Part shown: one piece after another, positions 49,678 through 58,382 of the stretch | How the letters are laid out: every line of letters begins with the position of its first letter | Position numbering within the stretch: the first letter of the stretch is position 1 | Program-made: the position numbers and the translations under genes | Notes under the pieces: generated by a model | Databases searched by the model: none | What the model was told of the DNA's origin: nothing | What the model saw: only the letters and a program-made list of their open reading frames with translations | From: an uncultured virus (IMG/VR IMGVR_UViG_3300027754_000050) | Taxonomy: Duplodnaviria > Heunggongvirae > Uroviricota > Caudoviricetes | Reading direction: 5' to 3' (one strand) | Length of the DNA: 64,000 nucleotides | IMG/VR virus record: IMGVR_UViG_3300027754_000050

Positions 49678-50334
49678 TTGATTAAAATTAAATACAAGAT
49701 AAAAGAGGTTTTTCCAAATGTATTTGCTGTTGTTGTTAAAAATGACTATCAAAGAGGTATGCTTTTTTGCAAAGTACAGGAATTTTACGAGTGCAGTAAC
49801 AAAAAATTCATTAACAAAAGATTTTCTATCTGGGAATTTCAACAATGGTACGCAAAAAAAAATAAAGGAGTATTCTCATACCCTAGTGACTATGAAGGAT
49901 TTAATATTCCTCTAGAAATAGCCGTAAAATTTCAAAGAATTAATGCTATAGAAACACCATATGATAAAAAAATAAAAGAAATAACCGACACTATTTCCAG
50001 TACTAGAAAAAAAGCATATATCATAGGAGTTAAAAGCCTGCGAAGTAGAGTTTTTAAACATGAATTATGTCATGCTTTGTATTTTTTAAATAAAGACTAT
50101 AAAAAAGATACGGATAAAATAACCAATTCATTAAACAAAAAAGAATATAAAAGATTTGTTGCAAATCTTAAAAAATTAGGATACAATAAAAATGTTATCA
50201 AAGATGAAATACAAGCCTATATGGCTACAGATATTGATGAAAGAGTTTTAAAAAATATTTGCAATAAAAATAGTTTGCATAAAAGATACAAATCAGTGCT
50301 ATCAAAATATTCCAAAAAAAGGAAAAAAAAATGA
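49678..50334 (+). CDS. HExxH metalloprotease-like protein
   Basis: KHELCHAL...DEIQAY. Confidence 0.6.
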   Translation: MIKIKYKIKEVFPNVFAVVVKNDYQRGMLFCKVQEFYECSNKKFINKRFSIWEFQQWYAKKNKGVFSYPSDYEGFNIPLEIAVKFQRINAIETPYDKKIKEITDTISSTRKKAYIIGVKSLRSRVFKHELCHALYFLNKDYKKDTDKITNSLNKKEYKRFVANLKKLGYNKNVIKDEIQAYMATDIDERVLKNICNKNSLHKRYKSVLSKYSKKRKKK

Positions 50335-51590
50335 AACCAGAAAGCTTGATGATGACATACGGATATAAACCGTCCCTGTCAGAAGGTGCTTTGAAATGCC
50401 CAATATTTCAAACTTCAACTTTTGTTTTTAATTCCGCAATGGAAGGTAAAAGATTTTTTGAACTAGCATATGGAATAAGAGAAAAAGACAAAGGAGAAGA
50501 ATTAGGATTAATATACAGCAGATTAAATAATCCAGATTTAGAAATACTTGAAAACCGGCTGTGCTTATGGGACGAAGCAGAAGATTGTGCGGTTTTTGAA
50601 AGCGGAATGTCTGCTCTCTCTACAGCTTTTTTAGAATTCACAACTCCAGGTGATTTATTTGTTTACTCCCGACCAGTATACGGAGGAACAGACCATTTCA
50701 TTAATCACTTCTTAAAGAAAATACAAGTCGAAGCAGTAGGTTTCTATGCCACAGACTCTAAAGAACAAATTATTAAAAGAATTGAGGAAACAGGAAAAGC
50801 AAATCGACTGACAATGATCCATATAGAAACTCCTGCAAACCCCACTAATGTTTTAATTGATATTGAAATGTGTGCGGAAATTAAAAAACACTTCTCTACA
50901 CAAGAAAAACCAGTTATTCTTTCTGTGGATAATACTTATATGGGACCTATTTGGCAGCACCCTTTGAAACATGGAGCAGATTTGGTTGTTTATTCTGCAA
51001 CAAAATATATCGGTGGACATTCTGACGTTATTGCCGGTGCATGCTTGGGATCAAAAAATCTTATCGGAAAAGTAAAATCATTAAGAACATTCTTGGGAAA
51101 CATGGCAGGACCATGGACAGGATGGCTACTCATGAGAAGCTTGGAAACATTAAAAGTCAGAATGGAACAACAAGATAAAAACGCACAAAAAGTAGCACTT
51201 TATTTGAAAAATCATCCAAAAATAGAAAAAGTTTACTACTTAGGATTTATAAATGACGGAAACGATCAAAAAGAAAAAAATATTTATGAAAAACAATGCA
51301 CATCAGCAGGTGCAATGATCTCTTTCGATATTAAAGGCGGCGAAAAAGAAGCATTCCAATTCTTAGACGCTTTAAAACTAATCAAACTAGCAGTGAGTTT
51401 AGGAGGAACAGAAAGCTTGGCAGAACACCCGCAAACAATGACGCATGCAGATGTATCAGAAAAAGATAAGCAATTAATGAATATATCCGAGAAATTAGTA
51501 AGACTATCTGTCGGAGTCGAACATTATAGCGACATAATAGAAGATATAGAACAAGCACTTTCTTGCGTTGACACAATAATTACATTCTGA
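50331..51590 (+). CDS. Methionine gamma-lyase / cystathionine gamma-synthase family PLP enzyme
   Basis: PIFQTSTF, YSRLNNP, ETPANP, VDNT, SATKYIGGHSD, AVSLGGTESL, VRLSVGVE. Confidence 0.93.
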   Translation: MKPESLMMTYGYKPSLSEGALKCPIFQTSTFVFNSAMEGKRFFELAYGIREKDKGEELGLIYSRLNNPDLEILENRLCLWDEAEDCAVFESGMSALSTAFLEFTTPGDLFVYSRPVYGGTDHFINHFLKKIQVEAVGFYATDSKEQIIKRIEETGKANRLTMIHIETPANPTNVLIDIEMCAEIKKHFSTQEKPVILSVDNTYMGPIWQHPLKHGADLVVYSATKYIGGHSDVIAGACLGSKNLIGKVKSLRTFLGNMAGPWTGWLLMRSLETLKVRMEQQDKNAQKVALYLKNHPKIEKVYYLGFINDGNDQKEKNIYEKQCTSAGAMISFDIKGGEKEAFQFLDALKLIKLAVSLGGTESLAEHPQTMTHADVSEKDKQLMNISEKLVRLSVGVEHYSDIIEDIEQALSCVDTIITF

Positions 51591-51603
51591 TACAATTACA
51601 GAT

Positions 51604-52287
51604 ATGAAAATTTTATTGGTTCTATTGATACTACTGCTTTGCACTGCCTTTGCTGTGCCTGTCTGCTTTACTTACCATATCGCAAGCACACAAGATACTA
51701 CGTTTTTTATAATAGAAAAGCCATTTATAGAAATATTCAAAAAATTAGCAAATAAAAATTCATTAGAAAAAATTATACAACAAAACAACGACACACTCGT
51801 TGATAAAAATTGGGAATATCTCAATGTTGAAATAATACGAATCCTAAAGCCAAAATCATGGACGATAAATGGCAAAATGAACTTTACTGTTGATACTAAT
51901 AATGACTTCAAAACAAGACTACACTTCAATCAGTTCGTAGATTACTCACAAGGAATACTACAAATAATAACAAAACTAGAAACACCTGATAAAAATATAC
52001 TAATTTGTGAAAAAACAATACAAATAATAGACCAAATAAATAATACCAAGGTAAACGTAAAAACAACACTAGTTGTTAAAAAATATATACCAAAATACTT
52101 TGTTAAACTTATGGATGATAAAGTAAAAGAACACAACTTAAAAGATATTCAAAAAATAAAAGATAATTTAATCAATATAACCAAGAATAAAGACGCACTC
52201 TTTAGCATTCCAATACAAAAAATTAACTACGAATTACAACATGTAAGCCCAGTCACAGGATTATACATAATCGAACCAACTTGGTGA
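51604..52287 (+). CDS. Hypothetical protein with signal/anchor
   Basis: Hydrophobic N-terminus; operon context. Confidence 0.6.
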   Translation: MKILLVLLILLLCTAFAVPVCFTYHIASTQDTTFFIIEKPFIEIFKKLANKNSLEKIIQQNNDTLVDKNWEYLNVEIIRILKPKSWTINGKMNFTVDTNNDFKTRLHFNQFVDYSQGILQIITKLETPDKNILICEKTIQIIDQINNTKVNVKTTLVVKKYIPKYFVKLMDDKVKEHNLKDIQKIKDNLINITKNKDALFSIPIQKINYELQHVSPVTGLYIIEPTW

Positions 52288-52300
52288 AACTAGGAAATAT

Positions 52301-52567
52301 ATGCCATACATCACTACAGAAAATAGAAAAAAATATGATGTGCAAATCAATCAATTAATTGATCAAATAGCAAGTAACAATGCCACAGATGGAGATTTAA
52401 ATTATATTATCACAAAACTACTGCACTCAGCATTTAATCTAAAAGACCCAAAGTATACAAGAATAAATACGGCAATTGGAGTGCTTGAATGTTGTAAACA
52501 AGAACTCTATAGAAAAATTGCAGCACCATATGAAATTGAAAAATGCACAATTAACGGCGATGTATGA
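52301..52567 (+). CDS. Conserved phage protein (DUF6899-like)
   Basis: MPYI...GDLNY.IT...GVLECCKQELYR....PYE..K...NGDV. Confidence 0.75.
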   Translation: MPYITTENRKKYDVQINQLIDQIASNNATDGDLNYIITKLLHSAFNLKDPKYTRINTAIGVLECCKQELYRKIAAPYEIEKCTINGDV

Positions 52568-54075
52568 ATAATTATGACGTTATTATCGTAGGAGCAGGTC
52601 ACAACGGGCTAATAGCTGCTTGCTACTTGGCAAAAGAAGGAAAAAAAGTCCTAATTTTAGAAGCTAATAACGAAGTAGGAGGTGCAACAAAATCAAATAT
52701 GCCCTTTAAAGGATTGAAAGCAATAATTTCTAGCTACTCATACTTGGTTTCATTAATGCCAAGTCAAATCATATCAGACCTAAAGTTAAATTTTGAAACA
52801 ATACCAAGACGAATATTATCGTATACGCCATACCTAAAAAACAACGAATACAATGGACTATTAGTTCATCGAAACTCAAACGAAAACACAGAATCATTCC
52901 AAAAACTAACAGGATCAAATAAAGAATCAGAAAATTGGAGTAAATTCTACGAAAGAATAAATGAATTCGCAAGCATCGTACAACCTACTCTTTTAAAACC
53001 ACTTCCTACAAAAAGTGAATTAAAAAATAAAATGCCTGCCGATACTTGGAATATGCTCGTTGAACAACCTATCGGAAAAACACTAGATGAACAGTTCAGT
53101 GATGATATAATAAAAGGACTGATCCTTACAGATGGACTCATAGGAACATTCTGCTCAGCATATGAAATGCAAGCAAACATATGCTTTCTATACCACATAA
53201 TAGGAGGTGAATGGAAAGTACCAAAAGGAGGAATGGGATCATTAGTAGAGGAACTGTATCAACTCGCCATAAAATCAGGTGTTGATATTAGGGTAAACTC
53301 TAAAGTTAAAGCAATAACACAAAATGAAGACTTTGTAACAGCAACCCTAGAAAATAACGAAACATTAAAAGGAAAATTCCTGCTGTCGAATGCAGCACCA
53401 CAAATATTGGAACGATTACTCGGAGAAAATATACAAGAAACTCTCGAGGGATCTCAAGTAAAAATCAATATGCTACTTAAAAAATTACCAGAGTTTAAGT
53501 CAGGAATTAATCCAAAAGATGCATTTGTAGGAACACTGCACATCAATGAAAGCTTCTCACAACTCCAAAAAGCATACACCGAAGCAAAAAATGGAGTGAT
53601 ACCAGAAGAACTACCTCTTGAATTATATTGCCACTCACTATCTGACCCCTCTGTTATAAACAATGACACAAACCAGTCTTTAACAGCATTCATTCTGCAC
53701 ACACCTGCTAAACTATTTGATGAAAACAACGAAGAAACTAAAAGAATAATCAAAAATAAGGCTCTTGATGCAATAAATCAATACTTAGTAGAACCAATTG
53801 AAAATTGCTTTGAAATAGATCAAAACGGAAACCAGTGCTTAGAAATTAAATCCCCTATCGATTTACAAAAAGAAATTGCACTGCCTCGTGGAAATATATT
53901 CCATAAAAATTTATCTTTTCCTTTTAAAGACGATGATTCAAATGCAAAATGGGGCGTCGAAACAAAACATCCAAGAATATTCATATGCGGTGCAGGAGCA
54001 ATTCGAGGAGGAGGAGTAAGCGGAATACCAGGACACAATGCAGCAATGGCAATACTAGAACAAGAACAAATCTAG
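52564..54075 (+). CDS. Phytoene dehydrogenase-like FAD oxidoreductase (PYROXD2-type)
   Basis: YDVIIVGAGHNGLIAACYLA, PKGGMG, GNIFH, GGGVSGIPGHNAA. Confidence 0.9.
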   Translation: MNNYDVIIVGAGHNGLIAACYLAKEGKKVLILEANNEVGGATKSNMPFKGLKAIISSYSYLVSLMPSQIISDLKLNFETIPRRILSYTPYLKNNEYNGLLVHRNSNENTESFQKLTGSNKESENWSKFYERINEFASIVQPTLLKPLPTKSELKNKMPADTWNMLVEQPIGKTLDEQFSDDIIKGLILTDGLIGTFCSAYEMQANICFLYHIIGGEWKVPKGGMGSLVEELYQLAIKSGVDIRVNSKVKAITQNEDFVTATLENNETLKGKFLLSNAAPQILERLLGENIQETLEGSQVKINMLLKKLPEFKSGINPKDAFVGTLHINESFSQLQKAYTEAKNGVIPEELPLELYCHSLSDPSVINNDTNQSLTAFILHTPAKLFDENNEETKRIIKNKALDAINQYLVEPIENCFEIDQNGNQCLEIKSPIDLQKEIALPRGNIFHKNLSFPFKDDDSNAKWGVETKHPRIFICGAGAIRGGGVSGIPGHNAAMAILEQEQI

Positions 54076-54077
54076 CA

Positions 54078-54106
54078 TTGACAATACATACTAAAAGGAA
54101 TAAATT
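54078..54106 (+). promoter_or_regulatory. Sigma70-type promoter
   Basis: TTGACA-N17-TAAATT. Confidence 0.55.
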
Positions 54107-54112
54107 AATCAA

Positions 54113-54547
54113 ATGAGCGAAACTTATAACATACTGAATTTAAAGAAATATGCCGAAAGCATCAGAAAAAATGCATCAATATCAATATTTCAAAATGAAA
54201 AAATACTAAACATTGAAGGCTTAACACTACCAAACACAATAAATGGTTATATTACGATAAAACAAGTATGCTTTATAATTAAAAATCATGTAGTAGGATA
54301 TAGTAGTGAAAATAAACCAATCATCGATGAACATGGCTACAATAACGCTTTTGAAGAAGTTAGAGGCTGGATCGCTAATTGTATTTTTTCTAAACTAGCA
54401 GCAAATAATATTCTTGAGTGCAACTGGGATAATGAAAAAGAAGAAATGATGTTTTGGATAGAGAAAGAAAAAGAAGAATTTTTGCCGCTACTTCCCAAAT
54501 GGATAGTGAAATGGCTCCAATCAAACGATGTTGACAATTCTGCTTAA
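54113..54547 (+). CDS. Hypothetical protein
   Basis: 144-aa ORF behind a promoter. Confidence 0.6.
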   Translation: MSETYNILNLKKYAESIRKNASISIFQNEKILNIEGLTLPNTINGYITIKQVCFIIKNHVVGYSSENKPIIDEHGYNNAFEEVRGWIANCIFSKLAANNILECNWDNEKEEMMFWIEKEKEEFLPLLPKWIVKWLQSNDVDNSA

Positions 54548-54559
54548 ATATGGTATGTT
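54531..54559 (+). promoter_or_regulatory. Sigma70-type promoter for uvsE (near-leaderless)
   Basis: TTGACA-N17-TATGTT with extended TG; ATG follows at 54566. Confidence 0.55.
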
Positions 54560-54565
54560 GTGGGA

Positions 54566-55555
54566 ATGGGAATTAGATTCGGACTTTGCTGTATATTTCG
54601 TGATGAACCAATTAAGTTTAGGACGACCACAGCATCTTACGTTTTAAAAATGGATCGTTCCGATGGTCTTCTTAAAATAAGCGATTTATGCAAAACTAAC
54701 GCAAGCAGCCTGCAAGAAGCATTACAGTACTGCCATAAGAATGATATTAATAACTTCAGAGTAAGCAGTAACATTCTTCCATTAAAAACACATCCTGTTC
54801 TAGGATATAATGTTGAAGATCTGCCCGATGGGGAAAATATTATCAACCTTTTTAAGGGTGCTGGAGAATATGCCAAATCCAAAAATATAAGAACCTCTTT
54901 TCATCCTAGTCAATTCGTGGTTTTAAACTCTCAAAAGCCACAAGTTGTTGTGCAATCGCTACAGGAAATTGAGTATCAAGCCGAAGTTTCTGAGTGGATT
55001 AATGCTGATGTTGTTAATGTTCATGGAGGAGGGGCATACGGCGATAAAATAAAGGCACTATCTGATTTCTCACATGCCGTAGATAGACTTTCTGAAAGAG
55101 CCAGAAGTAAATTAACAATAGAAAATGACGATAAAACATATACTCCATCTGATATTCTTCCATTATGTAAAGATCTAGGAATACCATTAGTATACGATGT
55201 GCATCACCATAGATGTAATAAAGATGGAATTTCAATCGAACAGGCGACACAAGCAGCATTAGCAACTTGGAATAGGGAACCTATGTTTCATATTTCCAGT
55301 CCAATTGAAGGATGGAGTGGAAAAAAACAGAACAGCCATCATGACTTCATCAATATAGAAGACTTTCCAGAGTGCTGGCTTGATCTAAACATTACTGTTG
55401 AGGTAGAAGCTAAAGCTAAGGAAGTTGCCATATTGCAACTCATGGCACAGTATGGCACAATAAAAAGAACGGTCGGAACGACCGGATTAGCCGCTTGCCA
55501 TGATGTAAGACCCGCTTTTAGTGGGCTGTACTTCGGAGCGGAAACTCACCTTTAA
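54566..55555 (+). CDS. uvsE: UV damage endonuclease UvsE, C-terminus extended through the omega-like element
   Basis: FRVSSNILP, HPSQFVVLNS, HGGG, IENDD, YDVHHH, HISS, EVEAKAKE. Confidence 0.92.
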   Translation: MGIRFGLCCIFRDEPIKFRTTTASYVLKMDRSDGLLKISDLCKTNASSLQEALQYCHKNDINNFRVSSNILPLKTHPVLGYNVEDLPDGENIINLFKGAGEYAKSKNIRTSFHPSQFVVLNSQKPQVVVQSLQEIEYQAEVSEWINADVVNVHGGGAYGDKIKALSDFSHAVDRLSERARSKLTIENDDKTYTPSDILPLCKDLGIPLVYDVHHHRCNKDGISIEQATQAALATWNREPMFHISSPIEGWSGKKQNSHHDFINIEDFPECWLDLNITVEVEAKAKEVAILQLMAQYGTIKRTVGTTGLAACHDVRPAFSGLYFGAETHL

Positions 55556-55573
55556 CAGGGGTTGGTAGTTCAT
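55469..55573 (+). ncRNA. TnpB omega-RNA-like element, copy 2
   Basis: ACGGTCGGAACGACCGGATTAGCCGCTT...GAGCGGAAACTCACC...GGTAGTTCAT; encodes TVGTTGLA, like TnpB C-termini. Confidence 0.7.
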
Positions 55574-55611
55574 AATTTGAAGCACCTTTTTTCGTCCACT
55601 CTGAAGCCAGA

Positions 55612-56217
55612 CTACATCCTATCGATCTGATTCTGGAACTTCTCCCACTCGGCGTCGGACAAACCCTCCGGCCTCTTGACATCCTTGCCGACCCTCTTGA
55701 CATAAGTGTCCACGGTCTCGCCCGGCAAGGACGAGGCTCTCGTATTCGCATCCGAGCTATCTAGTGGTTTTGGGTAGTCCAGTGCTTTCCAGAGAGCTTT
55801 CTGATAGCCTACGATCCTCTTCCCTCTGCTATTTCTTACGGGTACGGTTCTCTTGAATCTGGCCTCTCTCAGTATCTCTTCGAATTCATGGAAGTTCATA
55901 GCACTATTTAAATTTTCGGCTCTTCGTTGTTCCCCAAATGGCGATGGAGAATTCATATCTTTTTCGGCTGCTTTTTGTGCTTCAGGTGGAAGATCTTCCC
56001 AATCCATTATGTGCAGTCCCAGTTGTTTGGCATTTGGCATGCTAGACAAGTAAGAGAGTCTTGCTAAAGGCGAATTTGCCTGCCACAGTCCTGCAGCCGC
56101 TGCGTTCGGTTTTTTTAGATAATGAATAGGCGGTGTAATTTGCCTGCCTGTAGCGACAGGTGATTGTCCAGTTGTCATGTTTTCTTTTAAAGACAACCAA
56201 TCTTGAAATGTTTTCAT
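55612..56217 (-). CDS. Hypothetical protein with CTS-like N-terminus
   Basis: MKTFQDWLSLKE after AGAGG RBS; 3' part is GC-rich. Confidence 0.7.
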   Translation of the reverse strand: MKTFQDWLSLKENMTTGQSPVATGRQITPPIHYLKKPNAAAAGLWQANSPLARLSYLSSMPNAKQLGLHIMDWEDLPPEAQKAAEKDMNSPSPFGEQRRAENLNSAMNFHEFEEILREARFKRTVPVRNSRGKRIVGYQKALWKALDYPKPLDSSDANTRASSLPGETVDTYVKRVGKDVKRPEGLSDAEWEKFQNQIDRM

Positions 56218-56304
56218 AATTTTTCCTCTTTTTATATATAGCATCTTATGCGAAAAAACCCAGAAGATAAAAATTCTGCACCTAAGTCTACGGATCGCAT
56301 CCTA

Positions 56305-56333
56305 TTGCAGCTTATGGCACAGTATAGTACAAT
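56305..56333 (+). promoter_or_regulatory. Sigma70-like promoter for omega copy 3 and the tRNA cluster
   Basis: TTGCAG-N17-TACAAT; paralogous TTGCAA-N17-CACAAT at 55433-55461. Confidence 0.55.
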
Positions 56334-56340
56334 AAAAAGA

Positions 56341-56444
56341 ACGGTCGGAATGACCGGGTTAGCCGCTTGCCCTGATGTAAGACCCGATTTTATCGGGCTG
56401 TACGTTAAAGCGGAAACGCACCTTACACAAGGTGAGCAATTCAT
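56341..56444 (+). ncRNA. TnpB omega-RNA-like element, copy 3, abutting tRNA-Asn
   Basis: Same scaffold, ending CAATTCAT immediately before tRNA base 1. Confidence 0.7.
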
Positions 56445-56516
56445 TCCGAGATAGCTCAACGGTAGAGCGAGGCGCTGTTAACGCTTAGGTTGGGGGTTCA
56501 AATCCCTCTCTCGGAG
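56445..56516 (+). tRNA. tRNA-Asn(GTT), no encoded CCA
   Basis: TCCGAGA/TCTCGGA acceptor; anticodon loop CTGTTAA; GGTTCAAATCC. Confidence 0.9.
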
Positions 56517-56580
56517 CTTTTTATTAATATTTCGTATCGTCTCCAAAGCGGCACGTTGCAATTCCATATTTCCATGTTTT

Positions 56581-56663
56581 GGTGAGTTTCCCGAGCGGTC
56601 AAAGGGGTCAGACTGTAAATCTGATGGCTTATGCCTTCGCAGGTTCGAATCCTGCACTCACCA
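56581..56663 (+). tRNA. tRNA-Tyr(GTA), no encoded CCA
   Basis: GGTGAGT/ACTCACC acceptor; CTGTAAA loop; long variable arm; GGTTCGAATCC. Confidence 0.93.
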
Positions 56664-56680
56664 CTTAAGAGGAGATTAGT

Positions 56681-56872
56681 ATCTGTACACAAGATGAACC
56701 AGACGATTATCGCAATACAAAAGAAAAGAAAGATTTCTTCGTAGAGAATGGATTGATTGTCTTTACAGAGGATTATCATCTAAAACGAGGCTATTGCTGC
56801 GGCAGCGGATGCAGGTTTTGCCCTTATACGCCTAAACACAAAAAAGGCAACACAGTTAGAAAAGAAATCTAA
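56681..56872 (+). CDS. DUF5522-like small Cys-rich protein, non-ATG start
   Basis: ENGLIVFTEDYHLKRGYCCGSGCRFCPY; GAGGAG followed 6 nt later by in-frame ATC. Confidence 0.65.
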   Translation: MCTQDEPDDYRNTKEKKDFFVENGLIVFTEDYHLKRGYCCGSGCRFCPYTPKHKKGNTVRKEI

Positions 56873-57483
56873 CCGGGATCGTATCCCCATTCATGAACGC
56901 TATTACCGTCTGTAAATAGTTCTTTAGCTCGTACAGTTTTAGATAAAATCTTATAATTACCATCTAAACTAGCCGCTCCATGAAGTACCGCATATTGTCG
57001 ATTGATTGTAACCCAATCACCCGGATTGATTGTAATTTTATTTTCTCTTTTACTTTCAAGCTGCGTTATTTCTTTTTCTAGGTGTTCAATGAATTTGTTC
57101 TTATCCCGCCCCAGCTTTGCATACAATTCACTTGCAAACTTATCCTTTGAATAAATTGGTGCATAGCCAAATTTATTCGCATAATAGATTAAGCTCGCAT
57201 AGTACTTAATTTTTTTATTAGTTTCCTTATTAGCATCTGGAACTGCTCTAAATATCTTAACGGATAAATTTGGTTTGCCTTTTGCAGATCTTATAATGCT
57301 TATTGATTCGCCATCGAACGGTGAGCCATCGCCATAGTACAGTACGCCTTTATCAGAATAGATATCATCGGGATAAGTGTTCGTTAAGTCGTGAAGCGGA
57401 GCATCTTCTTTGTTAGGAGCCGTGTGAGTTCCTTTGTAATCGTCGTTCTCTAGCCAAATTAACATTTCGTAAAAATTTTTCAT
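56869..57483 (-). CDS. ADP-ribosyltransferase-fold-like protein with CTS-like N-terminus
   Basis: KIFRAVP...INPGDWVT...YA..HG...EWGY, an R-S/T-E-type pattern; MKNFYEMLIWLE. Confidence 0.55.
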   Translation of the reverse strand: MKNFYEMLIWLENDDYKGTHTAPNKEDAPLHDLTNTYPDDIYSDKGVLYYGDGSPFDGESISIIRSAKGKPNLSVKIFRAVPDANKETNKKIKYYASLIYYANKFGYAPIYSKDKFASELYAKLGRDKNKFIEHLEKEITQLESKRENKITINPGDWVTINRQYAVLHGAASLDGNYKILSKTVRAKELFTDGNSVHEWGYDPG

Positions 57484-57488
57484 GCATA

Positions 57489-58229
57489 TTATATACGAGA
57501 CAATGCAGATTTTAGTATTGTGTTGTGATGTGCAAAAGCCAAATTTGGTAGCTCATTAACCGAATACCACCCCTTAAGACCCTTTTCGATCATAGAGGGA
57601 CTACCAGTTGCTTGAGAAGCATCATCTCCAAACTTAAAGTTCTGCACCTCGCCATCAGGAACTTCATAGATATAAGCCCAAGTTTTAACATTCTTCTCTC
57701 TACGATCAGAGTTGCTTGCATCAAATTCACCCGTGTAAACCAAGCTGGAAATATTAACAGCAGCACGGGTTTCTTCGCCTAATTCCCTAGCGGCTGCTTT
57801 TGGAGCAACTGTTGTTGGGTCTGGAGGATTGTTTGCCGAGAATCCATCTTCCTTATTATCAAAAAAACCTCCAGGTATCGCAAGTCCTTTAGGATCTTTA
57901 TTGCGATTTATCAAGTAAACAGCATTATTGCTTCTGCTATAAGGCACACAGTCAACGGCTCTGTTTTCTGCGTATGTGATTATATTTTTGTCTCCTTGTT
58001 TAGCGTATTCAAAGTACTTTACCCAAGGAGGATTTAGTTTTTGGTTTATAGGTCCGTTTCCAATATTAGTAACATTGTTTTGCATAGAAACGTAGAGTGG
58101 CTCGCTAAGATCATCGGCGGTCACCTTAATAAAATCACCTTCAATTGTTACAAGGCTATAAGGACCCCAATACACTTTTGACGAAGCGGTGTTTTCGCTC
58201 ATTAATTTGTAAAATTTATAAAAATTCAT
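57489..58229 (-). CDS. Nudix hydrolase (ADP-ribose pyrophosphatase-like) with CTS-like N-terminus
   Basis: AIPGGF...AAARELGEET Nudix box; GDDA; LAFAH; MNFYKFYKLMSE. Confidence 0.85.
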   Translation of the reverse strand: MNFYKFYKLMSENTASSKVYWGPYSLVTIEGDFIKVTADDLSEPLYVSMQNNVTNIGNGPINQKLNPPWVKYFEYAKQGDKNIITYAENRAVDCVPYSRSNNAVYLINRNKDPKGLAIPGGFFDNKEDGFSANNPPDPTTVAPKAAARELGEETRAAVNISSLVYTGEFDASNSDRREKNVKTWAYIYEVPDGEVQNFKFGDDASQATGSPSMIEKGLKGWYSVNELPNLAFAHHNTILKSALSRI

Positions 58230-58382
58230 AACAAGATATATATACTCTGAAACGCTAAAGTAAGTGGGGCGATAATTTGAAATGAAATGGCCGATTTTAT
58301 CTATAAGTAATGGCAGGACTAGTATTGTTTAGTATATTAGGTTATTTGGCTAGTATAAGAATTTATTATTGGTGGAATAGAT

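Noticed and set aside
56248..56454. 68-aa ORF similar to the UvsE tail
   Set aside because: The similarity comes from the duplicated promoter/RNA element, and the ORF runs into tRNA-Asn; more likely non-coding.
56498..56779. 93-aa minus-strand ORF
   Set aside because: Overlaps two tRNA genes on the opposite strand.
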